A DNA stretch of 64,000 nucleotides from Geosiphon pyriformis uo1 (Eukaryota; Fungi; Glomeromycota): assembly GCA_016748015.1 (NCBI GenBank), contig JAAOMT010000222.1, forward strand, positions 375,924 through 439,923, given 5' to 3'. The translations under genes and the position numbers were made by a program. Shown here in pieces: positions 24,450-36,322 of this stretch (position 1 is the stretch's first letter; each line of letters starts with the position of its first letter). The notes beneath the pieces are model-generated. The model was given only the letters and a program-made list of their open reading frames with translations, was not told the origin of the DNA and ran no database searches.

Positions 24450-27119
24450 GACTAGAAATGTAATACCAATTAAACAAAGAGCATACAGAGTACCACCAGC
24501 CAGCCATAACATCATTTGTTAAGAAATCAATTGGATGCTTGACAACAGGCTAATTCAGTCATCAATAAGTCTATAGTTATTATGAGTGATACTAGTTCAT
24601 AAGAAAAATGAAAAAATCCACTTTTGTGTGGATTATCAAAAACTGAATAGAGTAACAAAAGGAGATAGCTATCTAATTCCAAAGATTTAAGAGCTGTTTA
24701 ATGCTTTTGGAGGAAAGAAATGGTTTTCAACTTTAGATTTAGATAGTGGTTATTAACAAGTAGCCATGAACCCAGAAGACAAAGAGAAAATAGCTTTTAT
24801 GACTCGAGAAAGAAATTTTGAATTTGAAGTTATGCCATTTGGCTTAATAAATGCTCCAGCCATATTTTAACAACTCATAGAAATTGTTTATATTGGACTG
24901 CTATAGAAATCAGTAGTCATGTATCTAGATGACACCAACATGTTCTCCAAAACATTTGATGATTATTTACATTATCTTCAACAAGTATTTGAAAGACTAA
25001 GAAGAGCCAGATTAAAATTAAATACAACTAAGTGTTTCTTTGGAAAAACTGAACTCAAGTTTTTGGAACATATTATGAGCAAAGATGGAATCAAAACAGA
25101 TCCAGACAAAATTGAGATAGTTAAGAACTTTCTAGTACTTACCAACTTAATAGAACTATGAGTATTCTTAGGATTTGCAGGTTACTATCACCATTTTATC
25201 AAAAATTTTTCTAAATTGGCTTAGCTATTATATCAGCTTCAAACAAAGAACACCAGATATAAATGAACAGAAACTCAGCAAGAAGCTTTTGATACATTAA
25301 GAAAAAAGCTTATTCAAGCTTTAGTACTAATCTATTTAGATCATAGCAAGTCATTCATAATTACAACAGATGTATTTGGTCAAACATTAGGAACAATACT
25401 ATCTCAGAAAAGACTGGATGGATGAGAACACTCAGTAGCTTACACTAGCAGAAGCTTAAGTCCAGCTAAAAAGAACTATAGAACTTTAGCACTAGAACAC
25501 TTAGCTATCTATTGAGCAGTCATAAAATGAAAAAAATACTTGAATCAAAAGTTTGATGTGTACACTGATCATAAAGAATTGACTTCAATCTAAAAGCAAA
25601 AATTTGGAGATGATCATCATGCCAGATAGAAAATAGAACTGTTATCATTTAACTATATAGCATATTACAAAAAAAAAAATGGAAATGCTAATGATTTGTT
25701 ATAAATAAGACAAATCTAAAAACATTTCATCCCAAAAATATAACAAAAGATGAATATACAAAAATACCAACAACTCCAATATTACATAAATACACAATTG
25801 TTCAAGGAGAAATTATCTTAAAAGAAACAAAACAACATAAAACAACAATCAAAATATTTTATCAACCATTAAAATATACTTTACCAAAAAAACAAAAAAA
25901 ATTCAGATCAACTAATCAGAGTAATTACAGAATAAGAGAAAGAGACAATATTATTCAATATGCACTCAGATCCAATAGCAGAACATTTTTACAAAGAAGC
26001 AATCATGGAAAAAATCAGAAAAAGATACTATTGGCCATCTATGTATTTAGATATTATTCAATATATCCAAAATTGTGATGCTTGTCAAAAAAAAAAAGAA
26101 ACAAAACCCAATAAGCCATTGAGACCAATCAAAGTGGGACAACCATTTGATTACATTGGAATTGACTTAGTCAAACCATTAACAATCACCAGTAGAGACA
26201 ACAGATATATTGCAGTAGCCATGAACTATCTCACAAAATGGCCAGAAGCAAAAGCCATTTAAAGAGCAGATGCAGAATCCATTGCCAAATTTGTTCATCA
26301 AGATTTGATCTGTTAATATAGATGTTCAAAAAAACTATTATTAGATCAAAAAACTCACTTTGTGAATAGAACATTGACAGAATTAAGTCAAAATTTTGGA
26401 ATAAAAAGACTATTATTATCATCATATCATCTACAAACAAATGGGTTAGTTGAAAGGTTTAACAGAATATTGTGTAAAGCAATAGCCAAAATCAGCCAAA
26501 AAAACCAGAACGAATGGAATTTGTTTATATCATCAATATTATTTGCTTACTGGACAATGAAGTAAGACACTACACAAACAACATTATTTGAATTAGTATA
26601 TAGTAGAACAACAACATTATCAGTTGAGATAGAAGTCAAAACATATCCAACAAAACCAATAACAGAAGAGAATTTTCAAAGAACATTGTTGAAAAGAACA
26701 TATAACTTAATAGAGATACTAGAAAACAAATAGTGAAAAACAGCTAATAATATCCAAAAGTCACAAAAAAAACAAAAAAAAAGACATAATAACTAATTAC
26801 TAAATAAACCAATCAAATTTAAAATTGGAGACAAAGTATTTTTACATTGTACCAAATGAAAAAACAATGGAATGGAAAATTTGACCTCAAATAGGATGGA
26901 CCATTTCACATAGAAAAAATTCTAGAAAATAGAGCTTATAAATTAAGATTGAACAACAAAATTTTAACCAAAGCAGCATATAGAGATCAACTGAAACTAT
27001 ATCAAAACATAGTATTAGCATCTACCAGTAATATTCTACAATTGAGAGCACAGAGAATACTAGTTCAACCAGATGAGATTCCACAAGATCTGGAACCAAT
27101 CATAGTTATTGAACCAAAC
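24450..27119 (+). pseudogene. Element B RT - RNase H - integrase
   Basis: Motifs in order: PIKQRAYRVP, FEVMPFGL, MYLDDTN, RNase H FIITTD...VAYTSRSL, integrase HHCC region (HSDPIAEH...YYWP...CDACQ), core IGIDLV...YHLQTNGLVERFNR, and GPF motif. Confidence 0.9.
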
Positions 27120-27821
27120 ATGTCAAATTGAACAACCAAAAAAGTATATAAATACACAGTATATGCAACAAAAGCAATAAAGAAAAAATGTAAATACCAG
27201 ACCATATTCACACTTTAGTTTAACAAATGTTTTAGGCTTTAAATTAACAACAAGTAAACATAGAAATTATCATCAACAACCAAACAATCTGTTATTGAAA
27301 CACCAAACAAAAAAAAAAGTACACCATACTAGCGACCACAAAAACAATCAATAAACTGGTCAAATAAAATAGTAGAGAAAGTAAAAAACACTTTTGGAAA
27401 GATAACCATTATCATTCTAACAGAAGAACTAACAAAAAAAAATTGGAATTAATGAATAAACCAACTTTTAATACCATACTGCTACTATCAATTGGAACAA
27501 AAAATAGATATTCAAAAGTTATATCTTGATAAATCCAAGAGAATCTTCAATTAAAAGATAATCCAGAATATTGAAGACATTATTAGAAAGAAAACAAACT
27601 TGACACTATACATTAAGACCATTTATTGACTACACACTATATTTCAAAACTACCCAGAAGTATTGTTACATTCTGACATGGAAACAATAATCATTAATCA
27701 ATAGAGAAAAATGAACAATTCACAAATTAAAGAAATAAAGAATAGGGTGGAACAGATACTACTTAAAAAAGAAGTATTTAACATAATTCAAAATAAAGAT
27801 TTCAATAGAGTTCAACATTAA
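27120..27821 (+). pseudogene. Extra ORF (ORF3) of element B, between integrase and PPT
   Basis: ~230 decayed codons starting MSN (in frame with the pol end) and ending ...YIKTIY*LHTIFQNYPEVLL...KMNNSQIKEIKNRVEQIL...DFNRVQH* immediately at the PPT. A homologous region lies in D at ~45260-45966. Confidence 0.55.
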
Positions 27822-27834
27822 AAGGAGAAGATAA

Positions 27835-28715
27835 TATTACTCATAAAGAAAACGGTTATAAAAAATAGTAGACCAATAAGAGAGTAGTAGTTAGCATGTA
27901 AGCATATTGCTTAGCAATATAGAACAATGTCAGAAATTATGGCACATTGCTTAGCAATGTGGAGTGATATTAGAAAATTAGGGCACATTGCTTAGCAATA
28001 TGAGCATTGCTCAAGAAATTATAGCACATTGCTTGAGAATGTGAGCAATCTTATAGAACATAAATTAGGTATATATAGCAATAGCATAAGAAACAGAAAA
28101 GACAGACTTCTTAGTTTAGATTTGATTTAAGCAACCTTCTACATCACAAATATTAATAAATAATTATTCAATATCTCAAATCCACTTCTCACTATTAACA
28201 CTTTATGTTGATAGTAATTGATACTTAACTATACTGGAACAATAGCTCTTAATCACGGCTATTAATAGGATACTAACATTTATTGTCTTGGCTTATTTCT
28301 TTATTTTCTTTTATTTTCTTTTGTTTTGTTATTTTTTGTTGGGTATTAATTAATTAAAGGATTAAAATGCTGAATTACTGATATCAGGATATAGCACTGA
28401 TAAAAGACCTAAGAATAAGAATAAACACTCAGATTTAAGGATAGCTTATCAGAAGATTGCTAGCCACCATGCCAAAAAAAGAATTGACAGAATTGTAATT
28501 TCAGGAAGTAACAAACAACAACTACTTAATCTGCAGGTTAATATTGAAAACACCATTTAAAGAAAATTACATTAAAATCTCTGTTCATTATACAAAAGAC
28601 TTAACCAAAACTTTTAGATACAGTTAACTGTTAAAAACCAACATCATTATATCAATTGAGCACCAAATTACAAGTTTGTTATTTGCTTTGAGACTCCAAA
28701 TAATTACTTGTAATA
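27835..28715 (+). repeat. 3' LTR of element B
   Basis: Colinear with 18747-19627; preceded by the PPT AAAAGGAGAAGATAA. Confidence 0.92.
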
Positions 28716-30342
28716 TCATCAATTAGATTAAAAGCATAAAAGAGATTTTTTTCTGGTTGGCTTGTACTCTCACTTTTTGGAGGTACACCTACTAGTTTAA
28801 AAGCTGATAAACAGTAGCTTTAATTAAGGGATTCTTTTCAAAAAAATTGATATTGACATGATTGGATTTTTGATTGGAGACATTGTTGTTAACAGTTTTG
28901 TTGTTTTTAATTGTCATTGTTTCTAAGAACTGGAGAAGACAAAGGAGAATTGTTGCAATTTCTGGAAAAATGTTTAGTTAATCCACAGCAATAACACACA
29001 AGTGGGCCATGATTTTGTTGTTTTTGATAAGAAGATTGCTGGGACTGATTAAAACAGAGTTCAAATCTGGATTTTTGTGGTTGTTAATTCTTTCTGACTG
29101 CTTGGGTTAAGAGTTCTAGTAACTGTGCAAGATTAGCTGTGAGTCTATCTATTAACTGTTTATTTAGATCTTGAATTTGGGCAGCAAAAGAGATAGCAGC
29201 TATTTGGGGAGCAAAAGCCATAACAAGAGCAAAAGCAAAAACTGGAAAAGTGGATCTCAGATGCATTTTTTGGTTATCTTCTATTTTTTGGGCAAGTTCA
29301 ATAGCCATATCCATTGTGTAATTATCTTTCAAGACCAAGAAAAGCCAAAAAGCATATAAAAGATTGGTTCTTAATTTTTTTGTAAAGAAATGTATTTTCT
29401 GTTCTTCCATCCAATTTTTTCCTAAGTCTACCTGTTTAATTAGCTTTCTTATTGCTTTGGCATATTTAGTTATTATTTTTCTTGAGCCTTGAGTTCTTTT
29501 TTCTAATTCTATGTGCCACTTGGATATCAAGATTGGAGTTTTGAACTTATTTTCAAACTGGATAGTAAAAGAGGTGTTGTTTTCTTCAGCATTTGCAGAT
29601 TTCTATCTAATAATTCTTTGATGAACATTGGCATCTGTTTCTTGTGAAAACCAGATAGCAGGAAAGTTTTGGAGATAGCCACCAACAATTTGGAACTTGT
29701 ATTTATTATCATATTGATTGGCTGTAGCAGTTCTTTCAAAGTCATCCAACCATTTAATTAGATCTTGTACATTACCTTTGAATAGTGGTAGTGAGATATT
29801 GTTTTTTCTTTCTAAAGCAGTTTGTATATCTTGGAGAGTGGCCAGGATGTTTACTTGTATGAAGTCATTAGCCATTGGTTTAGGGGTAACTGTTTGTGTG
29901 GATGAGTTTGATTTACTTGATAAAAAGTCAAAAACAAAAACAGTTTAGTAGCTTTCTTTTTTTGTTTCAAAGGGAGTTTTAATTGATTGATGAGCAGCAA
30001 TCCAAATATGGATTTGATAATTCAGATATTCGAAATCAGAAAGCTGTTGTTCAAAAATTGTAGAGTATAAAAGTTGATTAATACTGTTGTTTTTTTTTTA
30101 AAGTTGTCTTTAAAATAAGCTTGGTCAAAGTAATAAGTTGTATAAGCTGTGTAAATTTCAGCTGAATGCTCATTTAAAAACCAGTTCCAAAAGTTTTGAA
30201 ATTGTCTGCTAGATTGTTTTTTAATAGGGAAGCAAATTAAGCAGGAGAGCAAAAAATTAAGTTCAATAAAGTCTAAATTGTTTTTGTTGTGTGCTTCAAA
30301 ATATTCTTCTAATTGTTGTGGCAAATATGAATAATCATTCAT
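28716..30342 (-). pseudogene. Element A gag (capsid-like region and CCHC zinc knuckle)
   Basis: LPLFKGNVQDLIKWLDDFERTATANQY and LEKRTQGSRKIITKYAKAIRKLIKQVD. Zinc knuckle CYCCGLTKHFSRNC at ~28950-29000. Confidence 0.85.
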
Positions 30343-30393
30343 ACAATAGAAAACAAGTGGATTTTGACAACCTTACAGAGAGCACTACTTTTA

Positions 30394-31084
30394 TGTTACA
30401 GGTTGGAGTAACAAGCTAACAGATAGCAAAGGAGAACAAAATTGTAGAATGATGAAAAGAATCAAAAAAAATTTAACTTCAAAGAGCAAATTAAATAAGT
30501 ATGAATTCAATATGTAAGATCAGTCTCATAAAATATCTCAGTTACTATACTTTTTAAAAGATAATTGGAAAATCTAAAAATAGAAGAATAATCCATATTG
30601 TTAACAAATAATCACACACTGGTATAATTCTATGCCTTATATTGGCACTCTTAGAATTTAATATTAGATATCAGATGTATTCTTCAATCACATTTTATTC
30701 AATAATCTTTAAATACTGCAATTACACATTTCAGAAAAAAAGTAAAAAATAACCAACAAGTAATCTTTTATTCCAAGATGTTCAAATACTTAAAAAGAAA
30801 AAAAAGAAAATTAGCAATAAGAAAATGATTAAAATAAAAGTTGTTATTTTATTTTTTTTCTTTCTTTGATTCTTACATACTTTTTTACAACTAAAAGATT
30901 CATTGCTTATATAGCTATTAAAAGTGGTCAATGATCAGATCAACAACTAAGTCAATAATCAGATCAATGATTAGGTTATTGATCAGATTAATAATCACTA
31001 TCTAAAAATAGGATGGCTAATTATATGACATCAGTAGCTAATACATGTAATAATTAATAAAAAGTGTGAGTTTTAACCATAACA
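30394..31084 (-). repeat. 5' LTR of element A (six 12-bp tandem units at ~30926-30997)
   Basis: Homologous to 12562-14095; adjacent to the PBS (revcomp TAGTGCTCTCTGTAAGG at 30371-30387). Confidence 0.9.
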
Positions 31085-31088
31085 CTAT

Positions 31089-31231
31089 ATTTAATTAAAA
31101 CTTAATTACTAAAACTATCTTTAACAGCCAATTTTTAAAAACAAAACTTTTAACCAGTATTATATAGAGTTTATTTAACAATTCAATCTTAGCAAAATAC
31201 TTAACTATTACAGAAAAAATAATAAGAACTT
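31089..31231 (-). pseudogene. LINE ORF2 near-C-terminal fragment (piece 2 of the split LINE)
   Basis: Minus-strand translation SVIVKYFAKIELLNKLYIILVKSFVFKNWLLK (a decayed LYxxLAKGFVxxxW-type motif). It is sandwiched exactly between the LTR ends of A and C. Confidence 0.55.
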
Positions 31232-34200
31232 TTATTGTTACTAGTAAAATTTTAGCCATTAATTAACATAAAATTACTCTTATAATTTTTATTAATAATT
31301 AGCATATATTATTATTATTTTAATTATCACTTATTAATTAACCAAATTATTGAATATTACTATTTAATTAATAATTTAATTAATATAATACACAAATATA
31401 ATAATCAAATTATGCAGTACATCAAACTTTATAACATTCTAAAATTTGCAAAAATTTACAAAATATCTTAATAGTTTACTGAAATTATTTATAGTTTGTT
31501 AAAATAACTTGTAATTTGTCAAAATATATCTTTAATTTATTAAAATTATAGCAAAAAAAAAATTCAAGCTTAAAAAATAGTACTATGACAAGTTATATAA
31601 AAAAATAGCTTCTTTTTTTGAAAAAAATATATTTTATTTTAGTCAGAAATATCTTATCTATCTTAGAAATACTTTTATTTTTATTAATAAAATAAATATT
31701 TTAAAAACAAAATTATTAATTATTTGTATTTAAAATTTTCTAAAACTCAACTAACATTTTAAAATTGATTAACTATTAATTTCAATAATTTGTTAATAAC
31801 TTTAGATCTGAACAAAAAACAATTTTTTTAACAAAAATCTTTTTTCTTTATATTTTTTTTATTTATTTTTTACTTTTTTTATTATATATTAAAATAATCT
31901 ACAAACAAGATTTTGTAAAAAAGTTGATTTTTATAGCAAAGTAACTACATATTTTTAGTAAGCTTTTAGATAAGCAATTCTTAAAAAAAAATTGATTTTC
32001 ACCACAAAGTAATTACACATTTTTAGTAAGTTTTTAGACAAGAAATTTTTAAGAAAGAGTTAACTTTTACTACAAAGTAACTATATAAGTAATTAATATA
32101 GAATTGGTCATTTTACTTATAAGTCCAGTAGTTCAAATTATAGAAAATAATTTAAAAATAAATTCAGTTATTAGAAATTTAATAGCTTCTAGTAATAGCA
32201 AATTCACAACAAAATAACATTAACAACATTCAGAAAAAAAGACCAAAAATCTCTAATAATATTTAGTGTCTTTCTATAAAAATAATACAATAACAACAAT
32301 TTCAAAGTGATACTATATCAAATATAACAACTCTAAAATACTATCAGTTAATTTACACTTACTACAAACAATAATTTGAAATCCAAAACAGAATAATAGC
32401 TTTTAAGAAAACATTTTTTTAATATATTGAAACCAAATCAATAATTATCTTTTTAAAAATTATAATATCACAAAAGTCAAGTAAAATCTTCTTAAAAATT
32501 TCATTTATTATTTAAATAAAGACCCAAAAAACATTAGTGCTAACAGTTGTGTTACTTACTTTTAAGAACTTAATTATAACATTATTAAATTTTGTGAAAA
32601 AAATATTTTGCCAATTTATAATTTATTTTTAAACTTGAATTTGAATCCAAAACAAGCAAAAAATACATAACCAATTTATACAATATTTAACACACCAAAA
32701 ACAAATTTTCAACATTTGCAAACACTAAAACAAAAAACCAGTTCCAAACTACTATTTTTAATTACACACTTTTTAGCTTCTCTTATACAAACTTAAATAC
32801 CAAATTCATTATTTAACTATTTTTCAAAACCAAAAGACTTTATATTACCAAAAAACCCAATATAACAGCCTAAATAAATTTTTATCAGCACAAATTTTCT
32901 CAATTTCTTAGCAGAAAACCAAAGTAATTACTCTAATAACAATAAAAATGTTTTTGAATTTACTAAAAAAAACTACCAAAAATAAAAATACAAAAAAAAT
33001 AGTAATTACTTATATTACAAAAATTACTGAATTTATAAAAAAAAATATTAACATTAGTTTTCAAGAATAGTTTAACAAAGTCTTAAAAACAGAAGATACA
33101 AATAATTGAAATGCAATAAGAATGTTAAAAGTAAAAAATTACTTTTTTTAATAAACAACAGAAAAATAGTTCGAGAACTTAAACACACTTTTTAAAAACT
33201 GAGAAGTATTTAAAGATGCTTTTTCAAAACAGTTTATTAACAACAATACTTCTATTACTCTTTAAAACCAGTTCCAAAACATCAAACAAGAATTTTTTAA
33301 ATCTATTATAATCTATTTTAAGAAGTTTAACAAACTTTTTAGAAGAATTTGACAATTAAAACCAATAATTACTATTTCAATGCTCAAATTTTGAATTAAT
33401 TTATTGTAAAACTAAAGAATAAATTAATTAAAAAAGTTTGTTTATATGCACCAGAAGATTTGGCCACTGTTATTTAACATGCTAAAGCCTATGAAATAAC
33501 AATAGAAAAAGCAAACTGCATAAAATTTGTCAATTTTACAATTAGCAAAATTACTTTAGTAGCTAAAAAAAAATCAACCAACTGACCAAAAAAATAAAAA
33601 ACTATTTTACAAACCAATAACAATAGTTACTACAGAAATATTAACTGCTATAACAATAAAACCAAAGCAATTTTTTACTATTACCAAACAACCAATCTTA
33701 AAGCTATTATTATTGTAAAATTTTAGAGCATTGAAAATAAGACTGCTAAAAAATACAACAAAATTAGCAGCCAAAAAATAATTAATATTATTTTCAATCT
33801 TAACAGTTATATTATTAACTATTATTACCTATTTATTACTTGTCAAATCTTAAAACAATTATTATCAATCTGCTTTACAACTAATATAACAACAATATTA
33901 GCAACTATTACAGATTTAACAATATTAATTACCACCCATCTAACAATATCAAGTATCTGTTTGAAAATTGGTTCAACAAAACTAATTTACACCACAAAAT
34001 CAATTCTTAAATAACAATAAAATTAATTTTAACAATTAACTAATTTTTTGAAATTTAATACAACAAAAACCTAATTACTACTATATACAACCCAGTTATT
34101 TAACAATGTTTAAAGAACAGAATTTTTATTAAACTGTATTTTTTGAAAATAAAGCTACAACACTAAGACAAAATCTTTTTTGCAATAACTATATTATTTC

Positions 34201-34464
34201 ATCAGTCAAGATTGCTGAAAATTCCAATCTTTTTGATATTTTTCTATTTGAATTTGAAGCAAACAAATTACTATTTTTGCTTAGTAATACAGCAATTAAT
34301 GAACAAAAAGCAATTATAACTATGTATATTAAAGCTAAAGTAGAAAAAAAACAAATTTGATTAATTTTAGACAATAAATCTATTAGAAGTATTATTATTT
34401 ACTAATTAATACAACAGCTTAAATGAAATATAAATAAACCAGTTCAAACAGTTTTTGTCACAAC

Positions 34465-34866
34465 TGATAATATAAGCCAGAAAAAGTACATAAAATTGAT
34501 GCAAAATATGATTTATAATATTCAAGAAAAAATACTTTGGTCTTTTAATCAAAGTTTTTAACAAAAATCAATTTCAAAATTGCTCTCAAAATTTTATCAG
34601 AAGCAATAGTCCAAATTGCTTCTTGATTATCTTTGGTTAGCAAAAGAATCAATATTAAAGAAAAAGTTATAAATACAAGATACATTAAAGATATTACAAT
34701 TATATTACAAAATAAAACAGAAAAACTATTTAAAATTAAACATGCTAAGAAAATTGCTCAAGCAATTTATTTATTCTTAATCAGTATTTTGAATTTACAA
34801 TCAGTTATATTAAGAGAACAATTAAACAAAAGCAAAAAAAGAATCCAAGATTTTGGTTCAACTGAA
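34465..34866 (+). pseudogene. dUTPase domain of element C
   Basis: PEKVHKIDAKYDL...IVQIAS*LSLVSKRINIKEKVINTRY...KKIAQAIYL...KRIQDFGST: the five motifs in order, in a family whose LTR and gag differ from B. Confidence 0.75.
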
Positions 34867-36322
34867 TAATTTACAGTTTTAGTTAATATAACTCTTAATA
34901 TATAGAATAAATCTTATCAGATTCTTTGATTTCTATAACCAATTACTATTTTATTCTTTAAAAAATATCAAAAAATTTATATCTGTTCAAAACTTATTAT
35001 TATACAACAAATATTTAAATTATATAAACAAATTTGTTTGAAGCATAAAATTTTAATTTTAAACATTTATATTTCTAAGAAATAAAAAAGTTTCAAGTTA
35101 TATTCTATAATTTTAAAAATTACCTAATTATTTTATTAAATAGGCTAGAAATTAAAATTATATATAGCAATATTTTTTAAGAAAAAATTTTTTAAATTGT
35201 TTTAAATTTCATTAAAATTGTAAGACATATATTATTTTCAAACTCAAAAATTATTTTTATTATTAAAAACTACTATATTCATAAAGAAAAACTTTTGCAA
35301 ATTAACATGGGTTCTTTAGAACTCTAACAACAAAAACAACTAAAGCAACTTATTACAAAATATGCTGATATATTTGTCAAAGACAATAATAATTTAGAAA
35401 AAACTGATATTGTTTAGCATTAGATTTACACTAAAAATGCTCTACCAAAATATTAACAATCTTATTAAGTTCTACTAGTTAGTTATCAATTTATTAGAAA
35501 AAAAGTACAACAAATAATTAATAATAGCCTTATTTAACTATCTAAAAGCTTCTGAATTTTACCAATAGTCTTTGTAAAAAAAAAAAAAAATTGTTTTTGT
35601 ATTAACTATTGTCAACTGAACAGTATTATAATTAGAAATGCATATTTTCTTTCAAGAATTAACAATATGCTAGATGTTCTAGAAAAAGCCAAGTTTTTTC
35701 AACTTTAAAATTGAAAACAAATACTGGCAAGTTAAAATAGATCTAAATGATTGAATCAAAACAGTCTTTACTACTCAAAAAAAACTACAAATTTAATATT
35801 ATAATTTTTGGACTTTGTAATATACCAATAAAATTCTAGTAACTTATAAATGTTATTTATAAAGAATTTTTATAGCAATCAGTAGTTATTTATTTTAATA
35901 ATACTAATATGTACTCTTTAACTTTTGAAGTTTATTTAATTTATTTGTGAAAAGTTTTTTAATAACTATGAAAAACAGAATTAAAACTAAATATTAAAAA
36001 ATATTACTTTGAAAAAACAAGTTTAATCTTTTTTGAATATATTGTTAGCAAAAATGGAATCCAATTTAATTCAGAAACTATTAATACTGTAAAAAATTTC
36101 TAAGTTTCTCATAATATTACAGAATTAAAAAAATTCATAAAATTAGTTTTTTATTACCAAAAATTTATTAAAAAATTTTCAAAAATTACCAAACTATTTA
36201 ATTATCTAACCAATAAAAATGTTAAATACCAATAAATTAAAAAACAACAAAAAGTTTTTAAAATTCTTAAAACCAGACTGATAACAGCTTTAGTTTTTAT
36301 CTATTCAGATTTTAACAAATAG

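Larger units (their letters stand above)
18747..28715 (+). mobile_element. Element B: full-length degenerate Ty3/Gypsy LTR retrotransposon (gag-PR-Cys-rich-dUTPase-RT-RH-INT-ORF3), nested in the gag of element A
   Basis: Two 881-bp LTRs (18747-19627, 27835-28715), PBS at 19630-19646 and PPT at ~27820-27834. The TSD copies TTGT/TCAT are both derivable from TCGT. Excision restores A's frame ...FNLIDDNQNIDKLAIN. Confidence 0.93.
12562..31084 (-). mobile_element. Element A: full-length degenerate Ty3/Gypsy LTR retrotransposon (gag-PR-RT-RH-INT plus extra 3' ORF), host to element B and a solo LTR
   Basis: Paired LTRs at 12562-14095 (interrupted) and 30394-31084 with TGTTA...TAACA-type ends. 4-bp TSD CTAT (12558-12561 / 31085-31088). 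PBS at 30371-30388 and PPT at ~14096-14106. RT VYLDN, RNase H and integrase (YHSQTNGLVECFN) remnants lie in Gypsy order. Confidence 0.92.

Noticed and set aside
26800-27130. Chromodomain at the integrase C-terminus
   Set aside because: Only a GPF/Y-type module and a short xEPIIVIE tail are visible; no chromodomain aromatic-cage pattern was found.
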